A DNA stretch of 28,893 bases, taken from positions 1-28,893 of the forward strand of contig JAVJQW010000031.1 of assembly GCA_040218735.1 (NCBI GenBank), given 5' to 3'. How positions within the stretch are numbered: position 1 is the first letter of the stretch; each line of letters opens with the position of its first letter. The notes below the pieces were generated by a model that was not told the DNA's origin, searched no databases, and worked only from the letters and a program-made list of their open reading frames with translations. Positions 17,229 through 26,746 of this stretch are shown here, in pieces. The position numbers and the translations under genes are program-made. This DNA comes from Deltaproteobacteria bacterium (GTDB lineage Bacteria; Myxococcota; Kuafuiibacteriia; Kuafuiibacteriales; Kuafuiibacteriaceae).

Positions 17229-19586
17229 TCACCGCGGCGCGCAGCCGTTGTACAGGTACGTGAGGCCGCCCGACATCGAGTGCACGATCACCTGACACAC
17301 TTCGTTCGCCGCGCACTGCGCGTCGCGTGAGCACGACCCGAAGCTCGACGGCACCGGGACGCACGCCTTCGTCGCCTGCACGAAGTTCTGTCCCGGGTGG
17401 CTGATGTACGTGCAAAAGAAGCCGTTCGCGCACTGCCCGTCGTGGTCGCAGGGCTGGCGGCAGAACAGGTTGTTCGGGGACTGCACGCCCACCGAGCAGA
17501 TGCCGTTTTGGCAGTCGAAGTAGCTGTTGCAGTTGCCTTGCGCCGGCTGCGGTCCGAGCGCGCCGCGGCAGCGTTGGTCCCAGCGACCGGGTTGCTCTTC
17601 CAGCCAGACACAACGGTTGCCGCCGCCGCAGTCGGCGTCGGTGGTGCAGTCGATCGCCTCCGCGACGGCGGGCGCGCTCGCGACGGGGATGCACATGCGC
17701 GCGCCGGAGAACATGTGGCAGCCGAAGCCCGCGTCGCAGTCCGCGGGGCGGCCGCAGGAGCGCGTGCAGCGCGGCCCGGCGCCGTAGTCGAAGCACACGC
17801 TGGAGAGGCAGTCCGCGTCGGCGGTGCAGGTCGCGCCGAGCGCACCGAGCGGGGCTTCGCAGCTCCCGTTCGCGCCGCACACTTGGCCGCCGGGGCACCC
17901 GGTCGTCGCGCAACCAACGCACGTCGCGGTGGTCGCCGCGCAGGTCGGCGTCGGCGCGGCGCAATCCGCGTTGCTCACACAGGCGAGGCACAGCCCGGAG
18001 GGGACGTGGCAGGCCGGCGTCGCGCCGGCGCAATCCGCGTTCGACGTGCAGCCGATGCACGTGGAGGTCGCGCCGTCGCAGGCCGGCGCGGACGCGGGGC
18101 AATCGTCCTTCGTCACGCACTCGACGCACGTCGCCGACGGAACGTGGCAGGCCGGCGTCGCGCCGGCGCAATCCGCGTTCGAGGTGCAGCCGGTGCACTG
18201 CCCCGACGGGCTGCAGATCGGCGGCGTCGTGCACTCGGTGTTGGAAGCGCAGCCGCGGCACGCGCCGGTCGGGAGATCACAGACGGGCGTGGTGCCGGAG
18301 CAGTTGGCGTCCGAGGCGCAGCCGACGCACGCGCCGGCGTTGCAGGTCGGCGTGGGGGACGCGCACTCGCTGTCGGCGGCGCACGCGAAGCACAACCCGC
18401 TCGGGGCGCACTCCGGCTTGGTCGTCGGGCAGTCGACGCGCGCGGCGCACGCGTAGCAGACGCCGGTGGCGGTGTTGCAGGTCGGCGTCGGCGCTGCGCA
18501 GTCGGCGTCCGTCGCGCAGCGCGGGAGCTCGCAGCGGCCGGTGCCCGCGTTGCAGACCTCGTTGGCCGCGCAGGTCGGTCCCCCCGCCTGGTCGCAGCCG
18601 GGTCGACAGCGCTCCGCGTCGCAGACGGGGGCGGCGATCGGGCACTCGGCGTCGGTCGTGCAGCTCGGGCGCGGTGCGCACCGCCCCGCTTCGCAGATCT
18701 CCTCCGCGCCGCAGACGGGGCCGTTGGGTTGGCCGCACCCGGCGACGCAGACCTGCGCTTCACACACCGTCACCGGCGGCGCACAGCCGCTGTCGTCGGT
18801 GCACATCGCGCCGGTCGACTCCGGGACGCAGCGCCCGGTGGTGTCGTCGCAGACCTCGCCCGCGCCGCACCCCGCCGCGCCGCACCCCGCGACGCAGACA
18901 CCACGCTCACACACGGTGCTCGGCGGTGCGCACTCGAGGTCGATGCGGCAACCGCCGTCGGCGATGCAGCGACCGGTGGCTTCATCGCAGACCTCCCCCG
19001 TCGCGCAGACGACGGGGCTGTTGATCTTCCCGCAGCCGCCAACGCACAGCGCACCCTCGCACACGGTCGTGGGGGGTCGGCACTGGCCGTCGTTCGTGCA
19101 CTCGGGGCGCTCGCTGATGCACGCGCCCGCGCTGCACACCCACCCCGTCGGGCAGTGCGCGCTGTCGACGCATGGACGGCAGACGCCGAGCGCGGTGTCG
19201 CAGTAGGCGTCGGTGCAGTCGGTGTCCGCGGCGCACGCCTGCGGACCCGAGCGGCACTCGCCGGTTGCGGCTTCGCACCAGGTGCCGGGCGCGCACTCGA
19301 CGGTGTCGCAGCTGCGTCGGCGGTCGGTGCAGCGTCGCGTCGTGTCGTCGCAATAGCTCCCGCCGGGGCAGTCGGCGTGCGCGGCGCACGGCCGGGGCGC
19401 GTTGGGGTCGAGGACGCAGGCACCGTCGACGCACAGGTGGAGCGCGCCGCAGTCGGAGACCGAGACACAATCCGGCGTCGTCAGGGTCGGCGACGAGCAG
19501 GCCGCCAGCAGGAGGGTGAGGAGACCGACCGAGACCTCCCGTGCGCCGGGGGGCTCGAGCCGGTCTCCTCGGGGTGAGCGCCACAT
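17229..19586 (-). CDS. Cys-rich repeat surface lipoprotein
   Basis: LLTLLLAA-C lipobox; many C-x(2-5)-DC / TP.C / C.GC modules. The start may be about 17 codons downstream. Confidence 0.85.
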   Translation of the reverse strand: MWRSPRGDRLEPPGAREVSVGLLTLLLAACSSPTLTTPDCVSVSDCGALHLCVDGACVLDPNAPRPCAAHADCPGGSYCDDTTRRCTDRRRSCDTVECAPGTWCEAATGECRSGPQACAADTDCTDAYCDTALGVCRPCVDSAHCPTGWVCSAGACISERPECTNDGQCRPPTTVCEGALCVGGCGKINSPVVCATGEVCDEATGRCIADGGCRIDLECAPPSTVCERGVCVAGCGAAGCGAGEVCDDTTGRCVPESTGAMCTDDSGCAPPVTVCEAQVCVAGCGQPNGPVCGAEEICEAGRCAPRPSCTTDAECPIAAPVCDAERCRPGCDQAGGPTCAANEVCNAGTGRCELPRCATDADCAAPTPTCNTATGVCYACAARVDCPTTKPECAPSGLCFACAADSECASPTPTCNAGACVGCASDANCSGTTPVCDLPTGACRGCASNTECTTPPICSPSGQCTGCTSNADCAGATPACHVPSATCVECVTKDDCPASAPACDGATSTCIGCTSNADCAGATPACHVPSGLCLACVSNADCAAPTPTCAATTATCVGCATTGCPGGQVCGANGSCEAPLGALGATCTADADCLSSVCFDYGAGPRCTRSCGRPADCDAGFGCHMFSGARMCIPVASAPAVAEAIDCTTDADCGGGNRCVWLEEQPGRWDQRCRGALGPQPAQGNCNSYFDCQNGICSVGVQSPNNLFCRQPCDHDGQCANGFFCTYISHPGQNFVQATKACVPVPSSFGSCSRDAQCAANEVCQVIVHSMSGGLTYLYNGCAPR

Positions 19587-19677
19587 GCTCCATTCAGTGT
19601 ACGGAGCACGCGCGGATGGCGCCGCCTCACCACGAACCCGCGGCGCGCACCATCGTTCGGGGTCCCAGCTGACGTAG

Positions 19678-20676
19678 TCAGTCGGTCTTGGCTTGCGCGG
19701 TCGCGGGCTGCGGGAAGCGGAAGTCGCGGAGGTGGTCGACGATGCCGGTGCGCTCGATGCGCCCGAGGTAGGGGTGCTCGACGACGACGCGGTAGGGGCC
19801 GTTGCCGGGGACGCCGATCTCGAAGCGACCCTTGGCGTCGGTGACCGCGAAGAAGGGGTGGTCGAAGACGTAGAGGCGCGACTTCATCCAGGGGTGCACG
19901 TCCGAGGTCACGGGGAAGTTCCGGGTCGCGCGCTTCATCTCGATCCGCCGCGTGCTCCCCTCCTTGGGGAGGACGAAGTGGTGGGCCAGCCCCCCCTTGT
20001 CGCCCCGACCCTCAGCGCGGACGCTGTGCAGCACGGGGTCCGCGTTCACGAACTCCACCGACTGCCCGACGCGCGCGACCGTGACGTTCGGGAACCGACA
20101 GTGCTCGATCACGAACGGGACGTCGCCTTCCTCCGGTGGGTAGCGCTCGCCGATGTTCTCGATCCACACCACCGCGTCCGCGACGCCGAGCCCCGCGGGG
20201 CGATGCACGACCGGCCGCTCCTGGTGGTCCTTCGCGATCTTCTTGCACTTCGGATCCGAGGACATGTCGAGGACCTCGGGCTCGGGCACCTCACCGCGGT
20301 AGGTGACCATGCCCTGGAGCGTGGCGACGCGCTGAACGAACACAGTCGATCCGGTGGCGCCTCCAGCGGCCTCGTCGTCTTCGCCATCGCCGTTGCCGTC
20401 GTCGCCCGTTTCGGGGTCGTCGTCCTCGCTCGCGTCGGCCTCGTCACCGGACGTCGAGCCCTCGCCCTCCTCGTCCGCGTCGCCGTTCGGCCACTGGATC
20501 TTCGCGGTGAGGCGCTCCTCGGGGTCGACCTCCTTGACCCCGACGACCTCCCCTTCGACGGCCCCCCGCCCGAAGCGCGCGCGCCGATCCGGCGGGCGAT
20601 CGCTGATCAGCCCGTAGACGAGCACCACGGCGAGCACCACGAGGACACCCAGCACGAGCTTGGTCTTCGAGCCCAC
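19678..20676 (-). CDS. Membrane-anchored protein with cupredoxin-like and carboxypeptidase-regulatory-like domains
   Basis: N-terminal TM; acidic linker; DPKC, DAVVWI, NADPVLHSV, SDVHPWM, HPFFAVTDAKGRFEI. Start GTG 20676 or TTG 20694. Confidence 0.8.
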   Translation of the reverse strand: MGSKTKLVLGVLVVLAVVLVYGLISDRPPDRRARFGRGAVEGEVVGVKEVDPEERLTAKIQWPNGDADEEGEGSTSGDEADASEDDDPETGDDGNGDGEDDEAAGGATGSTVFVQRVATLQGMVTYRGEVPEPEVLDMSSDPKCKKIAKDHQERPVVHRPAGLGVADAVVWIENIGERYPPEEGDVPFVIEHCRFPNVTVARVGQSVEFVNADPVLHSVRAEGRGDKGGLAHHFVLPKEGSTRRIEMKRATRNFPVTSDVHPWMKSRLYVFDHPFFAVTDAKGRFEIGVPGNGPYRVVVEHPYLGRIERTGIVDHLRDFRFPQPATAQAKTD

Positions 20677-20775
20677 CCCACCATTGAGCCCCAATCCGCC
20701 GACGAAACGCCACCGGGCGGACTGCGGTCACGCGGGATGGGACCCGACCGGCGCCGTGTTACCTTCCCGCCGCCG

Positions 20776-20988
20776 ATGGATGCCTTCCTCGACACCCTCG
20801 CCAACAACCCCCTCCTCGCCGCGGGCGCGATCGCGCTCGTGCTGCTCATCGTCTTCTCGCTCGTGAAGAAGCTGATGAAGCTCCTGCTCGTCACGGCGGT
20901 GGTGTTCGTCGCGCTGATGTCCTGGAGTTACTTCACGGGGCACGACCCCGGAGACCCCGTCCGCGCCGTGAAAAAAGCCACGAAGTAA
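20776..20988 (+). CDS. Small two-TM membrane protein (70 aa)
   Basis: Tail of ORF 19693..20988 from ATG 20776: MDAFLDTL...FSLVKKLMKLLL...; fills the gap, with typical codon usage. Confidence 0.75.
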   Translation: MDAFLDTLANNPLLAAGAIALVLLIVFSLVKKLMKLLLVTAVVFVALMSWSYFTGHDPGDPVRAVKKATK

Positions 20989-21026
20989 CCACCCGCCGCC
21001 TCCCCGCGACGTCGCGCACTTTCGAT

Positions 21027-21069
21027 TCGAATATGCCTTGACGAGAATATTCGATCTGAAGCATATAAA
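21027..21069 (+). promoter_or_regulatory. AT-rich promoter/operator of the ArsR gene
   Basis: Inverted repeat TCGAATAT-N12-ATATTCGA (21027-21054); ATAT at 21031, 21047, 21063; TTGACG at 21038 and TATAAA at 21064 (20-nt spacer, non-optimal). Confidence 0.65.
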
Positions 21070-21073
21070 ACCC

Positions 21074-21400
21074 ATGGTCGAGACGTTCGCGGCCCTCGCC
21101 GAACCCAACCGCTTCCGCATCGTGGAGCTCCTCCGCTCCGGGCCTCGCCCGGTGAACGCCATCGGCGAGCGGCTCGAGCTCCGTCAGCCGCAGGTGTCCA
21201 AGCACCTGAAGGTCCTCAAGGAGGTCGGGTTGGTGGAGGTCGAGCCGCGCGCGCAACAGCGGTTCTACGCGCTCCGCCCGGAGCCGCTGCGCCAGATGAA
21301 CGAATGGTTGGAGCGTTACCGCCAGCTCTGGGAGTCGCGCTTCGAAGCGATGGACGAGGTGCTCGAAGAGCTCGCTCGCCAAGAAGAGGAAGAGAAATGA
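21074..21400 (+). CDS. ArsR/SmtB family transcriptional regulator
   Basis: FAALAEPNRFRIVELL, QPQVSKHLKVLKEVGLV, R.Y.L. Confidence 0.95.
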   Translation: MVETFAALAEPNRFRIVELLRSGPRPVNAIGERLELRQPQVSKHLKVLKEVGLVEVEPRAQQRFYALRPEPLRQMNEWLERYRQLWESRFEAMDEVLEELARQEEEEK

Positions 21401-21900
21401 CCGCAGCTACACAAACGAAAGATCCCACCACCGTCGAGCTCGAGGGCGACCGCGTCGTCGTCATCAAGCGCACGTTCCGCGCGCCGCCGCGCCTCGTGTA
21501 CGAAGCGTGGACCAACCCCGAGCTCGTCGCCCGGTGGTGGGCGCCCGCGTGCCACCAAGTGACGATGAAGTCGTGCGACGCCGACGTCCGCGTCGGCGGC
21601 GACTACCGCTACGTGCTCCAGCACGGCGAGAACGTGTTCAGCTTCTACGGGACGTACCGCGAGCTCACGCCGCCCGACCGGCTCGTCTACACCCAGATCT
21701 ACGAGCCGTACCCGGACGCGGAGACGGTCATCACCGTCACGTTCGAAGCCACCGACGACGGACGCACGAACATGATCTCGCGCGAAGTCTACGCATCGGC
21801 GGAGGCGCGCACCGGCGCCCTCGAGTCGGGCATGGAGACCGGGATGCGCGCGACGATGAACCAGCTCGACGAGCTCGTCGCCGAGCTGGCGAAGGCCTGA
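21397..21900 (+). CDS. SRPBCC/AHSA1 domain protein
   Basis: RTFRAPPRLVYEAWTNPELVARWW, DVRVGGDYR, PPDRLVYT; ATGA overlap with ArsR. Confidence 0.93.
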   Translation: MTAATQTKDPTTVELEGDRVVVIKRTFRAPPRLVYEAWTNPELVARWWAPACHQVTMKSCDADVRVGGDYRYVLQHGENVFSFYGTYRELTPPDRLVYTQIYEPYPDAETVITVTFEATDDGRTNMISREVYASAEARTGALESGMETGMRATMNQLDELVAELAKA

Positions 21901-21901
21901 C

Positions 21902-22495
21902 CTACTTCGTCGACTCCCACTTCATCTCGTTCTGCCGCACGCGCGGGTGCGACACGACGAGGTGCCAGATCACCGCCTGGAACGCCTCGGTCTGCGCCGT
22001 GGCCTCGCCGCTCGGGTTCGGGATGATCAGCACCGCGTCACCCTCGCGCCCCGCGTGCCCGCCGTCGCGACCGACGACGCCCACGATGCGCGCGCCGACC
22101 TCCTTCGCGTGTGTCATGCAGTTCACGAGGTTGATGCTCACGTTCTTCTCGCGGTTGCCGCCGCCGACCGAGAAGATGAACACGGCGTCGTTGCCATTCA
22201 TCTTGCTGGTCTTCAGCCAGTTCACGTAGCTCGTGTCCCAGCCGTCGTCGTTGATGCGCGCGGTCAGCTCGGAGACGTTGTCCGTCGGCGTGTACGACTC
22301 GACGCAAGCGATCTTGCGGAAGTCGTTCACCGCGTGGCTCGCGTGGCCGGCGCCGCCGCCGCTCCCGATGAAGAAGAGGCGGCCGCCCTTCTCCCGCACG
22401 TCGACGATGATGTCGATCATCGCCTCGATCTTCGAACGGTCGATCCCGTCGATGATCTCTTTCGCTTCGTTCAGATACGCCTCGATGTACTCCAT
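21902..22495 (-). CDS. gmhA: SIS-domain phosphoheptose isomerase-like protein
   Basis: GGRLFFIGSGGGAGHASH, LTARINDDG, FSVGGG, GRDGG; operon context. Confidence 0.8.
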   Translation of the reverse strand: MEYIEAYLNEAKEIIDGIDRSKIEAMIDIIVDVREKGGRLFFIGSGGGAGHASHAVNDFRKIACVESYTPTDNVSELTARINDDGWDTSYVNWLKTSKMNGNDAVFIFSVGGGNREKNVSINLVNCMTHAKEVGARIVGVVGRDGGHAGREGDAVLIIPNPSGEATAQTEAFQAVIWHLVVSHPRVRQNEMKWESTK

Positions 22496-22500
22496 GGTCC

Positions 22501-23034
22501 CTACTCTTCGCGCCTCGCGAGGGAGGCGATCAAGTGCGCCGCGGCCAAGAGGTCCTCTGCCTCGTAGTCGCCACGCGTCTTACGATTGTCTTCACGCCGG
22601 ATCAGCACCGTCGGCACCCCCGCCGCCGCGCCCGCGTCGATGTCCTTCCAGGAATCACCGACGAAGAACGACCGCGACAGGTCCACGTCGTGCTTCGAAG
22701 CCAGCGCCGTGAGCATCCCGGGTTTCGGTTTGCGGCAGTCACACTGGTGCGCGTCGTCGTGCGGGCACACCACCACGTCGTCCGGCGCGATCGCCGCACG
22801 CACCTGCTCGAGCATCACGTCGAGCGTCGCCTGGGTCATCAAACCGCGCGCGATGTCCGGCTGGTTCGTCACCACGTAGATCCGAAACCCCGCGGTCCGA
22901 ATCACCTCCGCCGCGTCCGCGGCGAAGTCGAAGATCTCGAAGTCCTCCAGGGTCCGCGGCGACACCATGCGGCCGTCGCGCTCGACGACGCGATTGATCA
23001 CGCCATCGCGATCCAGGAAGACGGCCCGCTCCAC
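22501..23034 (-). CDS. gmhB: D,D-heptose 1,7-bisphosphate phosphatase (HAD IIIA)
   Basis: FLDRDGVIN, VTNQ, CPH...CDCRKPKPGM, VGDSWKD. Confidence 0.92.
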   Translation of the reverse strand: MERAVFLDRDGVINRVVERDGRMVSPRTLEDFEIFDFAADAAEVIRTAGFRIYVVTNQPDIARGLMTQATLDVMLEQVRAAIAPDDVVVCPHDDAHQCDCRKPKPGMLTALASKHDVDLSRSFFVGDSWKDIDAGAAAGVPTVLIRREDNRKTRGDYEAEDLLAAAHLIASLARREE

Positions 23035-23050
23035 GCTTCAGTCCAACCCT

Positions 23051-24070
23051 TCAGTCGAGACCGATCGGCTGGCGCTGCTCGGCCGCGCGGTAGATCGCGT
23101 CGAGCACCCGCATCACGACCACGCCGTCGTTCGGCGTGCCCATGTAGCGCCCGGTCTCGATGCCGCGGATGAGGTCGTCCCACTCCAGCTTCCAGGAGAT
23201 GTCCTCTTCGTCGTAGACGGTGCGCGACATGTACGGCGCCCCGCCCTCCTTCTTCCGCTTCGCGAAGATCAGCGTCTCCGGCCCGTAGCTCCGACCGAGC
23301 CCGTCGACCGTCACCGAGCCGTCCGTACCGAACACCTCGAACGAGAACATGTTCTTCCACTGCGTCCACGCCGTGTGGAAGCTCGCCAGCGCACCCGACT
23401 CGAACTTCATCAACGCAAACGCGCTGTCCTCGAGCGGCGCGATCGGCCACGCCGCGGTCTGCAGATAACCGAACACCTCGGTCGGCTCACCCGCGAACCA
23501 CGCGATCAGATCGATCACGTGCACACCCTGGTCGGTCAGCTCCCCGCCACCCGCCAGCTCGCGGTTGCCGCGCCACTCGTTCTCGTAGCCCGGACGACCG
23601 CCGTGCCCGTAGCGCGCGCGGATGTTGATGATCTGACCGATCTCCCCGTCCGCGTACATCTCGTGCGCACGCATCAGCGCCGGGTGGTAGCGGTGGTTGA
23701 AGCCGATCTTCAGCACCTGGTTCGTGCTGGTCGCGGCGCCCGCCATCTGGATCGCCTCGTGGATGTTGCGGCCCATCGGCTTCTCGACGAGGACGTGTTT
23801 GCCCTTCTTCAGCGCCGAGATGCAGATCTCCGCGAGGAACGCGTTCGGCGTGGCGACCACCACGATGTCGGCGTTCGAGTCCGCCAACGCACCCGACCAC
23901 GAGGTCGACCACGGCGCGCCCACGCGCTCGCCGAGGCGCTTCGCCGCCGCTTCGTTCGGATCCACGACGACCGCGAGCTCACACCGCGGGTCGTTCACGA
24001 TCACGTCGGAACGTTTCCCGCCGATCAGCCCGCAGCCGACCACCGCGACTCGGTACTTGCGCTCACTCAT
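23051..24070 (-). CDS. Gfo/Idh/MocA NAD(P) oxidoreductase
   Basis: VVGCGLIG, HVLVEKPM, GFNHRY, GGGELTDQGVH. Confidence 0.93.
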   Translation of the reverse strand: MSERKYRVAVVGCGLIGGKRSDVIVNDPRCELAVVVDPNEAAAKRLGERVGAPWSTSWSGALADSNADIVVVATPNAFLAEICISALKKGKHVLVEKPMGRNIHEAIQMAGAATSTNQVLKIGFNHRYHPALMRAHEMYADGEIGQIINIRARYGHGGRPGYENEWRGNRELAGGGELTDQGVHVIDLIAWFAGEPTEVFGYLQTAAWPIAPLEDSAFALMKFESGALASFHTAWTQWKNMFSFEVFGTDGSVTVDGLGRSYGPETLIFAKRKKEGGAPYMSRTVYDEEDISWKLEWDDLIRGIETGRYMGTPNDGVVVMRVLDAIYRAAEQRQPIGLD

Positions 24071-24074
24071 GGGT

Positions 24075-25085
24075 TCAGCCCGTCGGGAGCGAGGCGACGA
24101 CCTTCGTCCCCTCGCGGTCCACGCCGTAGTGCACGCGCGGCATCCCGAGCTCCTTCATGAAGTTCTCGAGGCGCCGCGGGTTCTTCGCGCAGTAGAGCAT
24201 CAGGAAGCCGCCGCCACCGGCGCCGATGATCTTGCCGCCGAGCACGTCGTAGTTGGAGCGCGCCTCGTCGTAGATCTCGTTCCACTTCTCGTTCGAGATC
24301 TTGTTCGACATGCGCTTCTTGCGCTCCCAGTGCTCGTGCAGCAGGCGCCCGAACTCGTCGAACTCCTGCGTCTCGATCTGCTCGAGGATGCGGTACCCGA
24401 GGTCCTTGATCGCCTTGAGGCTGTCGCTCACGACGTCCGACTTCGGGTGCTCCTTCTTCTTCATCGCGTTGTCCTGATCCGACAGGACGTCCGGCGCCGC
24501 GCGACGCGTGCCCGTGTAATAGATGTGCGTGTTGCCGACGAGGTCCGCCATCGCGCTCTCGCCGAGATCCAACGAACGCACCGCGACCTTCCCGTCCTTC
24601 GCGATGTCCAACACCGTGAAGCCACCGAACGCCGCCATGTACTGGTCCTGCTTCCCGATCGGCTTCTTCAGGATGTCGAGCTCGATGTGGCAGGCGTCGT
24701 CCGCGGTCTTCTCGAGCGACTGGTACTCCCGCTTGTGCGCCTGCAGCGCGGTGAGCAACCCGACCAGGTAACACGACGACGAACCCACTCCGGTGCCCGC
24801 GGGGATGTCGGCCAGCGAGGAGATCTCGATCTGCCGCTCGATGCCGTACCGACGCAGCGCCTCACGCGCGAGCTCGTGTTTGAGCTCCGAGACGTGCTCG
24901 ACCTCCTCCGCCTTCGTGTAGTGCAGCCGCACCTTCGTGTCCGCGATCGGGCGGTTCACACACAGGTACATGTACTTGTTGAGCCCCATCGCGAAGATGA
25001 AGCCGCCCTCCTTCTCGTAGAAGGAAGGGAGGTCGGTCCCGCCACCGCCGAGGGTGACGCGGAAGGGGGTACGCGTAATGATCAT
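24075..25085 (-). CDS. hddA: D-glycero-alpha-D-manno-heptose-7-phosphate kinase (GHMP family)
   Basis: RTPFRVTLGGGGTD, IPAGTGVGSSS, IGKQDQY, GGKIIGAGGGGF; start MIITRTP overlaps the upstream stop. Confidence 0.9.
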   Translation of the reverse strand: MIITRTPFRVTLGGGGTDLPSFYEKEGGFIFAMGLNKYMYLCVNRPIADTKVRLHYTKAEEVEHVSELKHELAREALRRYGIERQIEISSLADIPAGTGVGSSSCYLVGLLTALQAHKREYQSLEKTADDACHIELDILKKPIGKQDQYMAAFGGFTVLDIAKDGKVAVRSLDLGESAMADLVGNTHIYYTGTRRAAPDVLSDQDNAMKKKEHPKSDVVSDSLKAIKDLGYRILEQIETQEFDEFGRLLHEHWERKKRMSNKISNEKWNEIYDEARSNYDVLGGKIIGAGGGGFLMLYCAKNPRRLENFMKELGMPRVHYGVDREGTKVVASLPTG

Positions 25086-25816
25086 TGCAGCTTCACCTTG
25101 CCGGCCGAGATGAGCGCGTTCGCACGCTCGAAGGTCTCGGGCGTATCGATGCCCAAGCAATAGCCGGTAATGGAATGGCCATAAAGAGGACGCTCCCGCT
25201 CCAGCAGATCCGGGAACACCTCCTTACCGAAGTCGTAGAACGTGTCCGCCGGGATCGCGTCGAGCACCGACGGCTCGACGAAGTACACCCCCGCGTTCAC
25301 GAGCGGCGACACCTCGTCACTCGCGCCCTCCGCGAACCGCACCACGCGCGCGTCGTCGTCGATGACGACACGCCCACCCGCGATCCCCGTATGCGGATGC
25401 GTATTCCTGTCGAACAGCGCGATCGACACGTCGCCGCCCTTGTCGAAGTGGAACTTCTCGAACTGCGCCAGGTCCGTGAACAGCAGGTTGTCGCCGTACA
25501 CGACGACGAACGTGTCGCCGCCCAGCTCGGCCGCGAGGTTCTTCACCGCGCCCGCCGTGCCGAGGATCTCGTCCTCGACGGAGTAGGTGATCGACACGCC
25601 GAACTTCGATCCGTCGCCCACCGCCTCGCGGATCAGATCCGCCTTGTAGTGGAGGTTCACGAAGATCTCTTCGTACCCCTGCGACGCGAGCCAGCGGAGG
25701 TTCCGGAAGATGATCGGGTCGCCGTCGATCTCGAGCAGGGGCTTCGGACCACCCTTCGTCACGGCGTGGATGCGGGTGCTCTTCCCCGCCGCGAGCAGCA
25801 GAACTCGGCGGGCCAC
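25082..25816 (-). CDS. hddC: Sugar-1-phosphate nucleotidyltransferase (HddC-like)
   Basis: LLAAGKSTR, PKPLL, LGTAGAVK, VVYGD, NAGVY, IDTP. The gene symbol rests on operon context. Confidence 0.8.
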   Translation of the reverse strand: MARRVLLLAAGKSTRIHAVTKGGPKPLLEIDGDPIIFRNLRWLASQGYEEIFVNLHYKADLIREAVGDGSKFGVSITYSVEDEILGTAGAVKNLAAELGGDTFVVVYGDNLLFTDLAQFEKFHFDKGGDVSIALFDRNTHPHTGIAGGRVVIDDDARVVRFAEGASDEVSPLVNAGVYFVEPSVLDAIPADTFYDFGKEVFPDLLERERPLYGHSITGYCLGIDTPETFERANALISAGKVKLQ

Positions 25817-26746
25817 TCAGATGACCTTGGCTTCCTTGAGGTAGGTGACCATCCCGCGGAGCCCGTCTTCGAGCGACACCTGCGGCGCCCAACCGAGCGC
25901 CTTCGCCTTGTCGATGTTCGCGAGCGTCTCCGTCGCCTCACCGGGCAGGTCCGGCTTGTGGACCGGCGCGATGTCGGACGCGAGGATGCGCGCGACGTTG
26001 TCGTAGATGTCGCGCACCGAGTGGTTCGTCGCGCTGCCGAGGTTGTAGACCTGGCCGTCCGTCCGCGCGTCGTGGATGCACATCTCGTGGAAGCGGTTGA
26101 TGTCGTCCACGTGGATGAAGTCGCGGCGCTTCTCACCGGTGCCGTAGATGATCGGCGGCTCGCCCTTCGACAGCTTCATGATGAACGCGCTCATCACCGG
26201 CGGGATCGTGCGGCGGTAGTCCTGCCGCGGACCGTACGCACAGAAGTACCGAAGCGCCGTCGTGCGCAGCCCGTAGTAACGCTCGTACGCCTCGGCGAAG
26301 AGCATCGAGCCGAGCTTGCTCACCGCGTAGAAGCTCTCCGCCGCGACCTCGGACTCCGGCGTCGGCATGACACTCGAGCCCTCGTACATCGCCGACGACT
26401 CCGCGTAGACGACCTTCGCCGCTTCGTTCTTCCGCGCCGCCTCGAAGACGTTCACGGTGCCGTGCACGTTGATCGACGCGGTCTCGACCGGGTCCTCCTG
26501 GCAGTCGGAGATGCAGTTCTTCGCGGCGAGATGAAAGATGACGTCGCCCTTTTCGACGACGCCCATCAAGTCCGGCGAACGGATGTCGAGCTGGTGGAAC
26601 TCGCAGGCCTCGGGCACCTGCTCGCGCACGCCGTAGGCGAGGTTGTCCACCCCGACGACCGCGTAGCCGGAACGAAGCAGATGGTCGGCGAGGTTGCTGC
26701 CGATGAACCCCGCGACGCCCGTGATGAGTACGCGGGGCTTGGTCAC
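25817..26746 (-). CDS. NAD-dependent epimerase/dehydratase (extended SDR)
   Basis: TGVAGFIG, HLAA, YAVSK, YGPRQ, RDFIHVDD. Confidence 0.93.
   Translation of the reverse strand: MTKPRVLITGVAGFIGSNLADHLLRSGYAVVGVDNLAYGVREQVPEACEFHQLDIRSPDLMGVVEKGDVIFHLAAKNCISDCQEDPVETASINVHGTVNVFEAARKNEAAKVVYAESSAMYEGSSVMPTPESEVAAESFYAVSKLGSMLFAEAYERYYGLRTTALRYFCAYGPRQDYRRTIPPVMSAFIMKLSKGEPPIIYGTGEKRRDFIHVDDINRFHEMCIHDARTDGQVYNLGSATNHSVRDIYDNVARILASDIAPVHKPDLPGEATETLANIDKAKALGWAPQVSLEDGLRGMVTYLKEAKVI

Noticed and set aside
18004-18191. Repeat pair as a DGR template/variable repeat
   Set aside because: In-frame duplication within one gene; the differences are not adenine-specific.
21005-21016. Palindrome CGCGACGTCGCG as a terminator
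   Set aside because: No loop and no real U-tract; expected by chance at this GC content.
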